From an uncultured Gemmatimonadaceae bacterium (GTDB taxonomy: Bacteria > Gemmatimonadota > Gemmatimonadetes > Gemmatimonadales > Gemmatimonadaceae), in assembly GCA_963817955.1 (NCBI GenBank), contig CAWFQK010000001.1, positions 320,001 through 384,000 of the forward strand: DNA of 64,000 nucleotides, given 5' to 3'. Below the pieces are notes generated by a model. The model did no database searches. It saw only the letters and a program-made list of their open reading frames with translations, and was not told the origin of the DNA. Made by a program: the position numbers and the translations under genes. Of the stretch, positions 47,363 through 56,704 are shown in pieces; the stretch's first letter is position 1; every line of letters starts with the position of its first letter.

Positions 47363-48431
47363 CGCGTCCCGCAGCGATCGCAGGCGATCGCTCGATCATA
47401 ATCCGCTCTGGCAGCTCATCACCGTGCGGTTCCGCGAGTATCTGCGCGAGCCAGAGGCATTGTTCTGGTCGTTTGGGTTTCCTATTCTGCTTGCCGTCGG
47501 ACTCGGCATCGCCTTCCGAAGCAAACCGGCCGACATCACGCACGTGGCCGTGGCCAACGGCAGCCCACGCTCGGCGCCACTCGCCGACGCGCTCCGCCAA
47601 GACCGTGGCCTTGCCGTCGAGCTCTTATCCCCCGACAGTGCTGCCGCGGCGCTCCGCACCGGCCGCGTGGCGCTGGTCATAGCGCCGAACGGCAGCGATA
47701 GCGTCCGATATCAATACGATGAGACGCGGCCGGACGCGCGATCCGCGCGTCTGATGGTGAACGACGCAGTGCAACGTGGCGCGGGCCGCGGTGACGTGCT
47801 GCCCGTCGCTGACCAGCACATACGGGAGCGTGGTTCACGGTACATCGATTTCGTGGTCCCGGGCCTCCTCGGCATGACTATCATGGGCGGCGGCATATGG
47901 GGGCTCGGCTATTCGATCGTCGATCAACGCCGCAAGAACCTGCTGAAGCGGCTCGTCGCCACTCCGATGTCGCGCGCCAAGTACCTCGCATCATACGTCA
48001 TCTCGCGCCTCGTGATGCTCACGATCGAGATCGGCGTGCTGCTCGGCTTCACGATCACGCTGTTTGACGTCCCGATGCGTGGCTCGTGGGTGTCGACGGC
48101 GACGATCATCGTCGTGAGCGCGCTCGCGTTCGGTGGACTCGGTCTGCTGATCGCTTCGCGGTCGAAGACGATCGAAGGCGTCTCGGGATTGATGAACCTG
48201 TCGATGCTTCCGATGTGGGTGCTGTCGGGCGTGTTCTTCTCCTCAGAGAACTTCCCGCGCGCTGTTCAACCATTCATCAAGGCGCTGCCGCTCACGGCCA
48301 CCAACGATGCCCTGCGCGCGAACATGCTGCGCGGCGTCGAGCTCGGAGCACTCTGGCCGCAGTTGTCGGTGCTGCTTGCATGGATGATCCTCTGCTTTGT
48401 CGTCGCGCTCCGCATCTTTCGCTGGCGGTGA
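47355..48431 (+). CDS. ABC-2 type permease
   Basis: YIDFVVPGLLG, LKRLVATP, LSGVFF. Confidence 0.92.
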   Translation: MSNASRSDRRRSLDHNPLWQLITVRFREYLREPEALFWSFGFPILLAVGLGIAFRSKPADITHVAVANGSPRSAPLADALRQDRGLAVELLSPDSAAAALRTGRVALVIAPNGSDSVRYQYDETRPDARSARLMVNDAVQRGAGRGDVLPVADQHIRERGSRYIDFVVPGLLGMTIMGGGIWGLGYSIVDQRRKNLLKRLVATPMSRAKYLASYVISRLVMLTIEIGVLLGFTITLFDVPMRGSWVSTATIIVVSALAFGGLGLLIASRSKTIEGVSGLMNLSMLPMWVLSGVFFSSENFPRAVQPFIKALPLTATNDALRANMLRGVELGALWPQLSVLLAWMILCFVVALRIFRWR

Positions 48432-48439
48432 CACATCCC

Positions 48440-49885
48440 ATGTCTGGTGATCTGCCGAAATCCGAGTTGATCGCGCAGGGACGAGTGGTGCTCGATTGGA
48501 TCGGCGACTATCTCGAGCATCCTGAGCGTTACCCGGTGCTCGCGCGCTCCCAGCCCGGCGACATCATCTCCGCGCTACCCGAGTCGCCACCGATTCAGCC
48601 GGAGTCGATCGAGACGATCTTGCGCGACTTCGACGCGACGATCGTTCCCGGTATCACCCACTGGAACCATCCGGCCTTTTTTGGTTACTTCGCCACGTCG
48701 TCGTCCGTGCCAGGCATTCTTGCCGAGATGCTCGTCGCAACGCTCGACGTGAAAGCGATGCTCTGGAAGACGTCCCCCGCGGCAACCGAGCTCGAGCAGG
48801 TCGTGACCGACTGGCTACGGCAGATGCTCGGCTTACGGGAGGGATGGTTCGGCATCACGACGGATACAGCGTCCATGTCATCGATGCTGGCGCTGGCCGC
48901 GGCGCGCGAAGCAAAACCGGAGCTCGAGATTCGGGAACGGGGTATGACCGGGCGCGCCGATCTGCCGCGATTGCGTGTCTATACCTCGCCGCACGCACAT
49001 TCGTCGGTCGACAAAGCCGCACTTGCGCTGGGACTCGGGCTGGAAAACGTCGTCAAGATCGAAACCGACGATCACTTTCGCATGCGCCCCGACGCATTGC
49101 AGCGCGCCATCGCCGATGACCGCGCAGAAGGGTTTCTTCCGCTCGCCTGCGTTGCCACCGTCGGCACCACGAGCATGACGAGCATCGATCCAGTGGCCGC
49201 CATCGCTGACATCTGTCGCCGCGAAACGGTATGGCTCCACGTGGACGGCGCCTACGGTGGAATGCTCGCGATCGTCCCGGAGTTTCGCTACGTCCTCGAC
49301 GGCGTCGACGGCGCCGATTCGTTCGTCGTCAATCCGCACAAATGGCTGTTCACGCCCTTCGACTGCTCGGCGTTCTTCATCAAACGTCCAGACGTGCTGA
49401 AGCGCGCATTCTCGATCGTGCCAGAATACCTCGTCACGCGCGAACAGGACGAGGTCGTGAACTACATGGACTACGGCGTGCAACTCGGGCGGCGTTTTCG
49501 AGCGCTCAAGTTATGGATGATCATTCGCGCGTTCGGCACGGAAGGACTGGCTGACCGATTACGCGACCATTGCGCCTTGGCACACCAGTTCGCGTCCTGG
49601 GTCCGAGCGGAGGGCAGCTGGGTGTTGATGGCTCCGGTGCCGTTCTCGCTCGTCTGCTTCCGCTACGCACTCGACGGAATGAGCGACGCCGATGCCGATC
49701 GGATGAACGAGACGATCATGCATAATGTGAACGCCGGTGGCGATGTGTTCCTCTCTCACACCAAGATCAACGACCGTTTCACGCTGCGACTCGCGATCGG
49801 TAACATCCGCACGACGGAGGCGCATGTCGCGCTCGCATGGGACCGGCTGCGCGCCGCCGCGCGCGCGGTGATCACCTGTCAATGA
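48440..49885 (+). CDS. Group II PLP-dependent (aromatic L-amino-acid-like) decarboxylase
   Basis: PGITHWNHP, SPAATELE, HVDGAYGG, NPHKW, LGRRFRALKLW. Confidence 0.92.
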   Translation: MSGDLPKSELIAQGRVVLDWIGDYLEHPERYPVLARSQPGDIISALPESPPIQPESIETILRDFDATIVPGITHWNHPAFFGYFATSSSVPGILAEMLVATLDVKAMLWKTSPAATELEQVVTDWLRQMLGLREGWFGITTDTASMSSMLALAAAREAKPELEIRERGMTGRADLPRLRVYTSPHAHSSVDKAALALGLGLENVVKIETDDHFRMRPDALQRAIADDRAEGFLPLACVATVGTTSMTSIDPVAAIADICRRETVWLHVDGAYGGMLAIVPEFRYVLDGVDGADSFVVNPHKWLFTPFDCSAFFIKRPDVLKRAFSIVPEYLVTREQDEVVNYMDYGVQLGRRFRALKLWMIIRAFGTEGLADRLRDHCALAHQFASWVRAEGSWVLMAPVPFSLVCFRYALDGMSDADADRMNETIMHNVNAGGDVFLSHTKINDRFTLRLAIGNIRTTEAHVALAWDRLRAAARAVITCQ

Positions 49886-49926
49886 CCCTCGTGTGAGTCC
49901 TGGCAGCGGCGACCGACCCGGAAGAC

Positions 49927-50565
49927 TTAGTGTATCCCCTCGCGATACATGTCCGGAAACTCGCGCTTGAGATTCGCCACTTTCGGCGCGTCGTACATCG
50001 CGATGTACGGCTCGCCCGGGTTCTTTTCGGCGTAGTCCTGATGACGCGCCTCAGCCGGATAGAATGACTTGAACGCGACAATTTCCGTGACGATCGGTCT
50101 CGGGAATACGTGGGCCTTGTTCAATTGATTGACATAGGCCCTGGCCGCCTCGCCTTGGTCGGGAGTCATGAAGAAGATCGCCGAGCGATATTGTGTTCCG
50201 ACATCCGGGCCCTGCCGATTGAGCAGCGTGGGGTCATGAGCGACGGAGAAGAACACGCGCAGCAGCTGGCCGAATGAGGTCTTGGACGGATTGAACGTCA
50301 CACGCACCGACTCCGCATGTCCGGTGCGTCCGGAACTGACCTGCTCGTACGTCGGCCGGTCAGTCCAGCCGCCAGAGTAGCCGGCCACCGCGGCGTTCAC
50401 GCCTTTCACGTGCTCGAACACGGCCTGGACTCCCCAGAAGCAACCGCCGGCAAACACGACCGTTTGCTCGTCACTGTGCGACGTATGCGCGGGGCGCCAT
50501 GGCGAGAACGGCAGCGCCGCGAATAGCGCGAGTGCCAGTCCGGCCCGACCAAGCATCGAGATCAT
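49927..50565 (-). CDS. msrA: Peptide-methionine (S)-S-oxide reductase, exported, 1-Cys
   Basis: GGCFWG, GHAE, HDPT..NRQG.DVGTQYRS; N-terminal signal peptide. Confidence 0.93.
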   Translation of the reverse strand: MISMLGRAGLALALFAALPFSPWRPAHTSHSDEQTVVFAGGCFWGVQAVFEHVKGVNAAVAGYSGGWTDRPTYEQVSSGRTGHAESVRVTFNPSKTSFGQLLRVFFSVAHDPTLLNRQGPDVGTQYRSAIFFMTPDQGEAARAYVNQLNKAHVFPRPIVTEIVAFKSFYPAEARHQDYAEKNPGEPYIAMYDAPKVANLKREFPDMYREGIH

Positions 50566-51245
50566 TTCGCCTCCTGTGACTCCTCTGGTGCCGGGCACGC
50601 CGGTACCGACTCCGGATCACCCGCAGCGAGCACCTCTACGACCTCGTCTTCAACGTGCTCCTTCCGCATGACCCAGAACACCGCCGCGAGGACCACGACG
50701 ATCGCTGCGACGAGATAGTTCTCATAACGCCGTACATGTCCGAGTACGAACAGCGCCGTGCGTCCAAAGCCCCAGCCGAGCAGCGTGAAGAAAAACGACC
50801 ACGTGAGACAACTGATGGCGCTGCCCGCCACATAGATGAGCACGGGCAGTCGTGCGGCGCCGCACGCGATGGGGAGTGTGAGGCGCAAGCCCCAGGCCCA
50901 CCGCACCGCGAGCGAGGACCGCCACGGATGTCGCCGCACGATGCGAAGCGCCCGCACCATGAATGATCGAAGCGCCGGCCATCTCTTCCGTACCCAGCGG
51001 CCGCGCCACCGGCCCACATAGTACAACCCGAGATCAGCCGTCCACGTTCCGCCGGCAACCCAAAGCCCAACGGCGGCCACACGAAGATGATGGTCGTGCG
51101 CAGCCAGGCCGCCGATGAGCGGCGTGGCCTCTTCCGTGATGATGCCGGTAGCTCCCAGCGTCAGATACGCCCACAGCCTGTGCAGCGCTTCTGTCGCACC
51201 AAGATGTGACGTCGCAGCCTGCAGCAGCGCGAGAATGGACGTCAC
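50562..51245 (-). CDS. DedA/VTT family membrane protein
   Basis: EE....GG, ADL.LYYVGR, R...GLR......G. Confidence 0.8.
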   Translation of the reverse strand: MTSILALLQAATSHLGATEALHRLWAYLTLGATGIITEEATPLIGGLAAHDHHLRVAAVGLWVAGGTWTADLGLYYVGRWRGRWVRKRWPALRSFMVRALRIVRRHPWRSSLAVRWAWGLRLTLPIACGAARLPVLIYVAGSAISCLTWSFFFTLLGWGFGRTALFVLGHVRRYENYLVAAIVVVLAAVFWVMRKEHVEDEVVEVLAAGDPESVPACPAPEESQEAK

Positions 51246-51257
51246 TCCGGAAGGACG

Positions 51258-52133
51258 TCAGTGTGCGGCATCCACCACGCCGCAAGTCGCGTCCATGTGC
51301 GCGCGGAACTCGGCGAACAATCGTGTGGCGATTGGTCCGGGGGTACCCGGCCCAACCGGCCGGTCGTTCAGGCGAACGATCGGCATCACGTCCGCCGTCG
51401 TCCCGGCGAGGAACAGCTCTTCCAGGCGCGGAATGTCGCGCTCCACGAACGGCTCCTCGCATACACCCATACCCAGTGACCGGGCGATATCGAGCACAAC
51501 AGCGCGCGTGATCCCCGGCAGGATGAGGTTGCTCGTCGGATGCGTGCGAATGACGCCGTCGAGCACGCCGAACACGTTCGAGTGCGACCCTTCGGTGAAC
51601 ACGCCGTCGCGAATCATCAACGCTTCCATGGCCCCTCGCTCGGCTGCGGCCTGCTTCGCGAGGACGTTCGGCAGCAATTGCACGGTCTTGATATCGCAAC
51701 GCAGCCAACGGATATCCGGAATCGTGATCGCCGCGGCGCCGCGCTGACGCACGTTGTCAGGCGGCATCAAGCGATTCACCATCGCAAATACTGTGGGGAC
51801 GGTGCCGGCTGGCGGGAACTGATGCGTCCGCGTGGCAACGCCGCGCGTGATTTCCAGATACAGGGTTGCCTCACCGTCCAGGAGCCCGCACTCGCGGATG
51901 AGGCGATCGGCAACCTCCTGGAGGACCTCGGCGCGCACGATGTCCGGCGCCGGAATGCGCAGCTCGCCGAGCCCGTACGCCAGGCGCTGCACGTGTCGGT
52001 CTCGTTCAAAGAGGCGCCCGTTAACAACACGCCACACGTCATAGACGCCGTCGCCGAAAATGAATCCACGATCCTCGATCGGGACACTCGCCTGTGCGCG
52101 TGGAATGAACTGGCCGTTCAGGTAGCAGACCAT
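51258..52133 (-). CDS. Class IV aminotransferase (D-amino-acid transaminase-like)
   Basis: DRGFIFGDGVY, RW.RCDIK, EGSHSN, ILPGITR. Confidence 0.9.
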   Translation of the reverse strand: MVCYLNGQFIPRAQASVPIEDRGFIFGDGVYDVWRVVNGRLFERDRHVQRLAYGLGELRIPAPDIVRAEVLQEVADRLIRECGLLDGEATLYLEITRGVATRTHQFPPAGTVPTVFAMVNRLMPPDNVRQRGAAAITIPDIRWLRCDIKTVQLLPNVLAKQAAAERGAMEALMIRDGVFTEGSHSNVFGVLDGVIRTHPTSNLILPGITRAVVLDIARSLGMGVCEEPFVERDIPRLEELFLAGTTADVMPIVRLNDRPVGPGTPGPIATRLFAEFRAHMDATCGVVDAAH

Positions 52134-52203
52134 GCTGAAAAGTAGATTGGCTGTCAGACGCCGCGCCATGGGCGCGCCGCAAGTCGGCGCACCTCCGGCA
52201 CGT

Positions 52204-55200
52204 TCAATCCCCTCCCACCACTGCGTGCTCCGCCGTCATTTGCTTCGGCGACATCCCGAAGCGACGGGCGATCGCCTGGCGCCATTCGTCGAGAATCTCA
52301 TACCCTGTCGGAATCACCAGCAGTGTGAGGAACGTCGACGTGATCACGCCACCGATCACTGCCACACCCAAGGGAGCACGGAACTGAGCGCCCTCGCCGC
52401 GGCCGAAAGCGACTGGAACCATGCCGGCGATCAGCGCGAACGTCGTCATGAGAATGGGACGCAAGCGAATCGCGCCGGCTTCGATCAGGGCTTCGCGCAA
52501 GGGCAGTCCCCGTTCTTCTCGCGACCACTTCGCGAAATCGATCAGCAGAATGGCATTCTTGGCCACGATGCCCATGAGCAGGATCACCCCGATCAGGCTC
52601 ATGATGTTGATCGTCAGTCCAGTGATGGCGAGCGACAACATCACTCCGATGAGCGAGAGCGGCAGCGACATGAGAATCGCGATCGGGTCGATGAACGACC
52701 CGAATTGCACGACGAGAATGAGGTACATCAACAGCACGGCGATCCCCAGCGCCGAGAAGATTTGACCAAACACCTCGGCCTGCGACTCCGCGTCGCCGCC
52801 GATGGTGTAGCGCACGCCGGCCGGCAGTCGCATCTTCGCCATCCGGGCCTCAATGTCCGCCGTCACGTCACCCGCCGGGCGGCCGGCCGTGTTCAGCTCC
52901 ACGGTCACCACCGGATCGCGATTCAGGTGATCGATGATCGCTGGACCCACGCCCTCATGAATGCTCGCCACCTGGCCGAGCGGCATCATCGATGGCTGTC
53001 CGGTCGGTCCGGTAACGAGCATCGGAAGCTGAACGAGATCCGATGCCCGCTGCCTCGATTCGGGAGTGAGGCGCACCGTGACCTTGCGCGACTTCCCCGT
53101 TGGATCGATCCAATACCCGGCGTCGATGCCGGCGAACGCCGGGCGAAGCGACTGCGCCACTTGCCCGACCGTCAATCCGAGCGATCCGGCGACACCGCGA
53201 TTGAGTTCGATCTCCAATTCCGGCTTCTGCCCCTTCGTCGAAAGACCGATATCCACGGCACCGGGCACCTGCTGCACTTCGGCGCGCACCATGTCGGCCG
53301 CCTGCGCGAGTGCCGCGATATCCTGTCCGCGAAGCTGCAACTGGATCTGCTTGAAGCCGCCGCCGAAATCGCTCGTAAACACGGACACGGAGGCACCGAC
53401 GACATGTTTCATTTCCCCACGCAGCTCTTCCGCGAGCTGCTCGACCGATTTCGTGCGCTGGTTCTTCGGCACCGTCCGCACGTAGATGTTGCCTTCGTCC
53501 ACGCCCCCGGTCGCGCCGTTCCCGAGCGTGCTGTAGGTGTACACAACTTCACCGCGGTGCGCGCGCGCGATCGCCGCCGCTTCTTCGGCCTTCAGGCGCG
53601 TGTACTCGAGATTCGATCCAGGCGGGGTCTCCAGGGCCATCGTGAACTCGCCACGGTCGTCGTCCGGAAAAAACGCCGTGCCAACGGTGCGAACCGGGGG
53701 GACGAGTTGCGGCAAGATGAGAAAGGCCGCCAGTCCGGCCAGCACGGTGACGACCCGAGCTGGCGCGTTCAATCCGCGTTTCGTCAAGCCGAATACCGTG
53801 ACGGCGATGCCGACGATCGCAACCGCAAGCCCGCTCACCCCACGGGTCGGCAACAAGAATGACGCAAAGAAGGTCAACGCAGCAATCGTCACCATCGCCG
53901 CGCGATGGTCGAGCGCCCAAGCAATGACGCGACGATAATTCTGCGCCTGTCCATTGAACCACCTGTTGAACTTGTCGAGCTGGCGCGTGATCCAGCCGCG
54001 TTCGTTCGGCGGTTTGTGCGGATCGGCCCAGTACGCCGACAACATCGGGTCCAGAGAGAACGAGACGAACAGCGATACGGCCACCGAGCAGGCGATCGTC
54101 AGTGCGAACGGCTTGAACCATTGGCCGCCCACGCCGGGCATGAACCCGATCGGGACGAATACGGCGAGAATTGAGAATGTCGTCGCCGCCACCGCGAGCC
54201 CGATCTCGTCGGTGCCATCGTGGGCAGCAGTGAAATGGTCTTTCCCCATCTCCACATGGCGCACGATGTTCTCGCGTACCACGATGGCGTCGTCGATCAG
54301 AATGCCGATCGCCAGCGACAGGCCGAGCAGCGACATCGTCTCGAGATTGAACCCGAGCATCCATACGGCGATGAAGCTCGCCAGCACTGAAATCGGCAGC
54401 GCAACTCCAGTGATGACCGTCGAACGCCACGAGTTGAGGAACAGAAACACCACGAGTACAGTGAGCACCGCGCCAAGCAGCAGCGCTTCTTCCACATTGC
54501 TCACGGCGTGCGTGACGCGCACGCCGGAGTCCTTCACCAGGTCGATCGTCGTACCCGTCGGCAGTGTTTGACTGATCTGCGCCACGCGATCGCGCACCTT
54601 GGCCGCGACATCGGTGGTGCTGTAGCCCTTCGACTTCTTGACATCGATGCCAATGGCCTCATGTCCGTTATACAACGCCAGAGTCCGTGGTTCCTCCGTC
54701 GCGTCACTGATGTTCGCCACCTGTCCCAGGCGGATGAGCTGGCCGTTCCGGTCAGCAATGACGAGGTTTTCGAATTCGGCCGGTGTCTCTATGCGCCCGC
54801 GCAAGCGAATGGTGCGCTCATCGAGTACACCATTCACGCGGCCAACCGGCGCCGCGAGATTCTGCGCTTCGAGCGCTTGCACTACCTGCGCGATGCTCAC
54901 GTTCGTCGACTGCAGCTTGTGCGGATCGACCTCGACCGTGAGCTCGCGTTCCACCTTGCCGAAGATCTGCACGTCGGCAACACCGGGAATCGCGCGGAGT
55001 TCGCGCGTGATCCCCGGATCGGCGAGCCGCGTCAATTCAGCGGGCGACAACACGGTTGACGACATGGCCACAGAAATGATCGGACGATCCGTGTCGTTGA
55101 ACTTCTGCACGATCGGTTCTTTCATTTCGACTGGCAGGTCGGCGCGGATCGACGAGATCGCGTCGCGGACTTCCTGCGACGCGACGTTGAGATCTTTCTC

Positions 55201-55491
55201 GTAGAGGAACTCGATCATCAGCATCGAGTAGCCGTCGTACGCCTTGCCGATGATGCGCTTCACGCCGGCGATCGAGCCGATCTGCTCCTCGACGGGCTTG
55301 AGCACTTCGCTCTCCACGACCTCGGGCGAGGCACCGGGATACACGATCCCCACCGTGAGCCAAGGTGGCGCGACGTCGGGGAACTCGTCCGTCTTCAGCT
55401 TCAACAGCGCGAAGGTTCCAAAGATCACCAGCGCGACCATCGCCACGACGGTGACAAGCGGCCGCTTGATCGCGAAATCGGAGATGATCAT
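52204..55491 (-). CDS. RND efflux permease
   Basis: GILIDDAIVVRENI, KNAILLIDF, RLRPILMT. Confidence 0.95.
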   Translation of the reverse strand: MIISDFAIKRPLVTVVAMVALVIFGTFALLKLKTDEFPDVAPPWLTVGIVYPGASPEVVESEVLKPVEEQIGSIAGVKRIIGKAYDGYSMLMIEFLYEKDLNVASQEVRDAISSIRADLPVEMKEPIVQKFNDTDRPIISVAMSSTVLSPAELTRLADPGITRELRAIPGVADVQIFGKVERELTVEVDPHKLQSTNVSIAQVVQALEAQNLAAPVGRVNGVLDERTIRLRGRIETPAEFENLVIADRNGQLIRLGQVANISDATEEPRTLALYNGHEAIGIDVKKSKGYSTTDVAAKVRDRVAQISQTLPTGTTIDLVKDSGVRVTHAVSNVEEALLLGAVLTVLVVFLFLNSWRSTVITGVALPISVLASFIAVWMLGFNLETMSLLGLSLAIGILIDDAIVVRENIVRHVEMGKDHFTAAHDGTDEIGLAVAATTFSILAVFVPIGFMPGVGGQWFKPFALTIACSVAVSLFVSFSLDPMLSAYWADPHKPPNERGWITRQLDKFNRWFNGQAQNYRRVIAWALDHRAAMVTIAALTFFASFLLPTRGVSGLAVAIVGIAVTVFGLTKRGLNAPARVVTVLAGLAAFLILPQLVPPVRTVGTAFFPDDDRGEFTMALETPPGSNLEYTRLKAEEAAAIARAHRGEVVYTYSTLGNGATGGVDEGNIYVRTVPKNQRTKSVEQLAEELRGEMKHVVGASVSVFTSDFGGGFKQIQLQLRGQDIAALAQAADMVRAEVQQVPGAVDIGLSTKGQKPELEIELNRGVAGSLGLTVGQVAQSLRPAFAGIDAGYWIDPTGKSRKVTVRLTPESRQRASDLVQLPMLVTGPTGQPSMMPLGQVASIHEGVGPAIIDHLNRDPVVTVELNTAGRPAGDVTADIEARMAKMRLPAGVRYTIGGDAESQAEVFGQIFSALGIAVLLMYLILVVQFGSFIDPIAILMSLPLSLIGVMLSLAITGLTINIMSLIGVILLMGIVAKNAILLIDFAKWSREERGLPLREALIEAGAIRLRPILMTTFALIAGMVPVAFGRGEGAQFRAPLGVAVIGGVITSTFLTLLVIPTGYEILDEWRQAIARRFGMSPKQMTAEHAVVGGD

Positions 55492-55530
55492 TTCGTCAGT
55501 CGTTGGGTGCCATGGCTAGTCGCTGGTTTC

Positions 55531-55558
55531 ACGAGCAACGAGCAACGAGCACGCAGCA
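55531..55558. repeat. Heptamer tandem repeat in the intergenic gap
   Basis: (ACGAGCA)x3 plus CGCAGCA. Confidence 0.8.
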
Positions 55559-55567
55559 GCCCTCTGG

Positions 55568-56704
55568 TTATGGTTTCCGCCCGGTATCCGCCGCGACAGC
55601 GCTCACCCTCACCGGTGTCTTCTCGGAAATGCCGCGGGCTGCGCCGAGCAAAATGGTGTCGCCCGGTTGAATGCCACTGCGCACCTCCACCGTTTCCGTT
55701 GCGCCATCCCGAATGCCCAGATCCACTTCGGTCTTCTGCACGAGCCCGTTCTTGATCCGCATCACGAACGGACGCAGACCCCGCTCGTCCACCGCCGTCA
55801 ACGGCACCACCGGCGCCGTCCGCACGTCCGTTGCGACGTGCCCATCGGCGAACAAGCCGCCCACCAGTATGCCGTTCTGGTTCGGCAACGATACGATGAT
55901 GCGCACCTGGCGCGTCGCCGGGTCCGCGACCGGATTGATCAGCGTTACGCGTCCGGTGAACTGGCGGCTCGGATAGCCGTTCACCACAAAGTCCACGGGC
56001 GCACCGACATGCACCGCCGCAAGCTGATCCGCCGGCACCGAGGCCTCGAGGCGCATCGTGGCCGGATTGACGATCGTGTAGAGCGCAGCACCAGGCTGCA
56101 CGACGTCGCCCGCGCTCACTTGGCGCGCACTCACGATTCCCGTGAACGGTGCGTGCACCGTCGTCTTTGCAAGCTGTTTCTCCGCATTCACCAGTTGAGC
56201 CCGTGCGTTCGCCAGCTGCGCTTCGGCCGCCGAGTACTGGTTGCGCACCAGCTCGAGGTCGCGCTCGGCGATCGCGCCTGCCTTGATCAACGCCTCGTCC
56301 CGCTCGACTTGCCGTTTCGCCAAGTCGGCGCTGTTCTGAGCGGTGGTCACTGCGGCGCGCGCCGACAGCTCCGTTTCGCGCAATGCGGCGTCATCGATCC
56401 GGGCCAGCACCGTGCCGTTCGCCACGCGCTGACCCTGTTCGGCGTACGTCTGCAACACGGCACCGCCGACTTCGGCGCGCACATTCGCCTGCTCCTCAGG
56501 CGTGAGTGTGCCGGAGATAGCCGGTCCGGAGCGAATCTGCGCCGCCTTCACTACGGCAATGTTCTCCGGACCGACCACCATTTGGGTCGGTGCGGTCGCC
56601 GCCTTGGTCGTGTCAGGGCCCTTACAGGCCACACACGCAATGGAAGCCAGTACGAGAGCGGTCGTGAAGCCGCGATTATGGAGAGTGTGGCCTGCCCGTG
56701 TCAT
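55568..56704 (-). CDS. RND periplasmic adaptor (MFP) lipoprotein
   Basis: VAC lipobox; APFTGIV; INPVADPATR. Confidence 0.93.
   Translation of the reverse strand: MTRAGHTLHNRGFTTALVLASIACVACKGPDTTKAATAPTQMVVGPENIAVVKAAQIRSGPAISGTLTPEEQANVRAEVGGAVLQTYAEQGQRVANGTVLARIDDAALRETELSARAAVTTAQNSADLAKRQVERDEALIKAGAIAERDLELVRNQYSAAEAQLANARAQLVNAEKQLAKTTVHAPFTGIVSARQVSAGDVVQPGAALYTIVNPATMRLEASVPADQLAAVHVGAPVDFVVNGYPSRQFTGRVTLINPVADPATRQVRIIVSLPNQNGILVGGLFADGHVATDVRTAPVVPLTAVDERGLRPFVMRIKNGLVQKTEVDLGIRDGATETVEVRSGIQPGDTILLGAARGISEKTPVRVSAVAADTGRKP

Noticed and set aside
52132..53862. 576-aa plus-strand ORF
   Set aside because: Antisense shadow of the RND gene, typical of high-GC codon bias; same for 19345..20757 and 23994..25292
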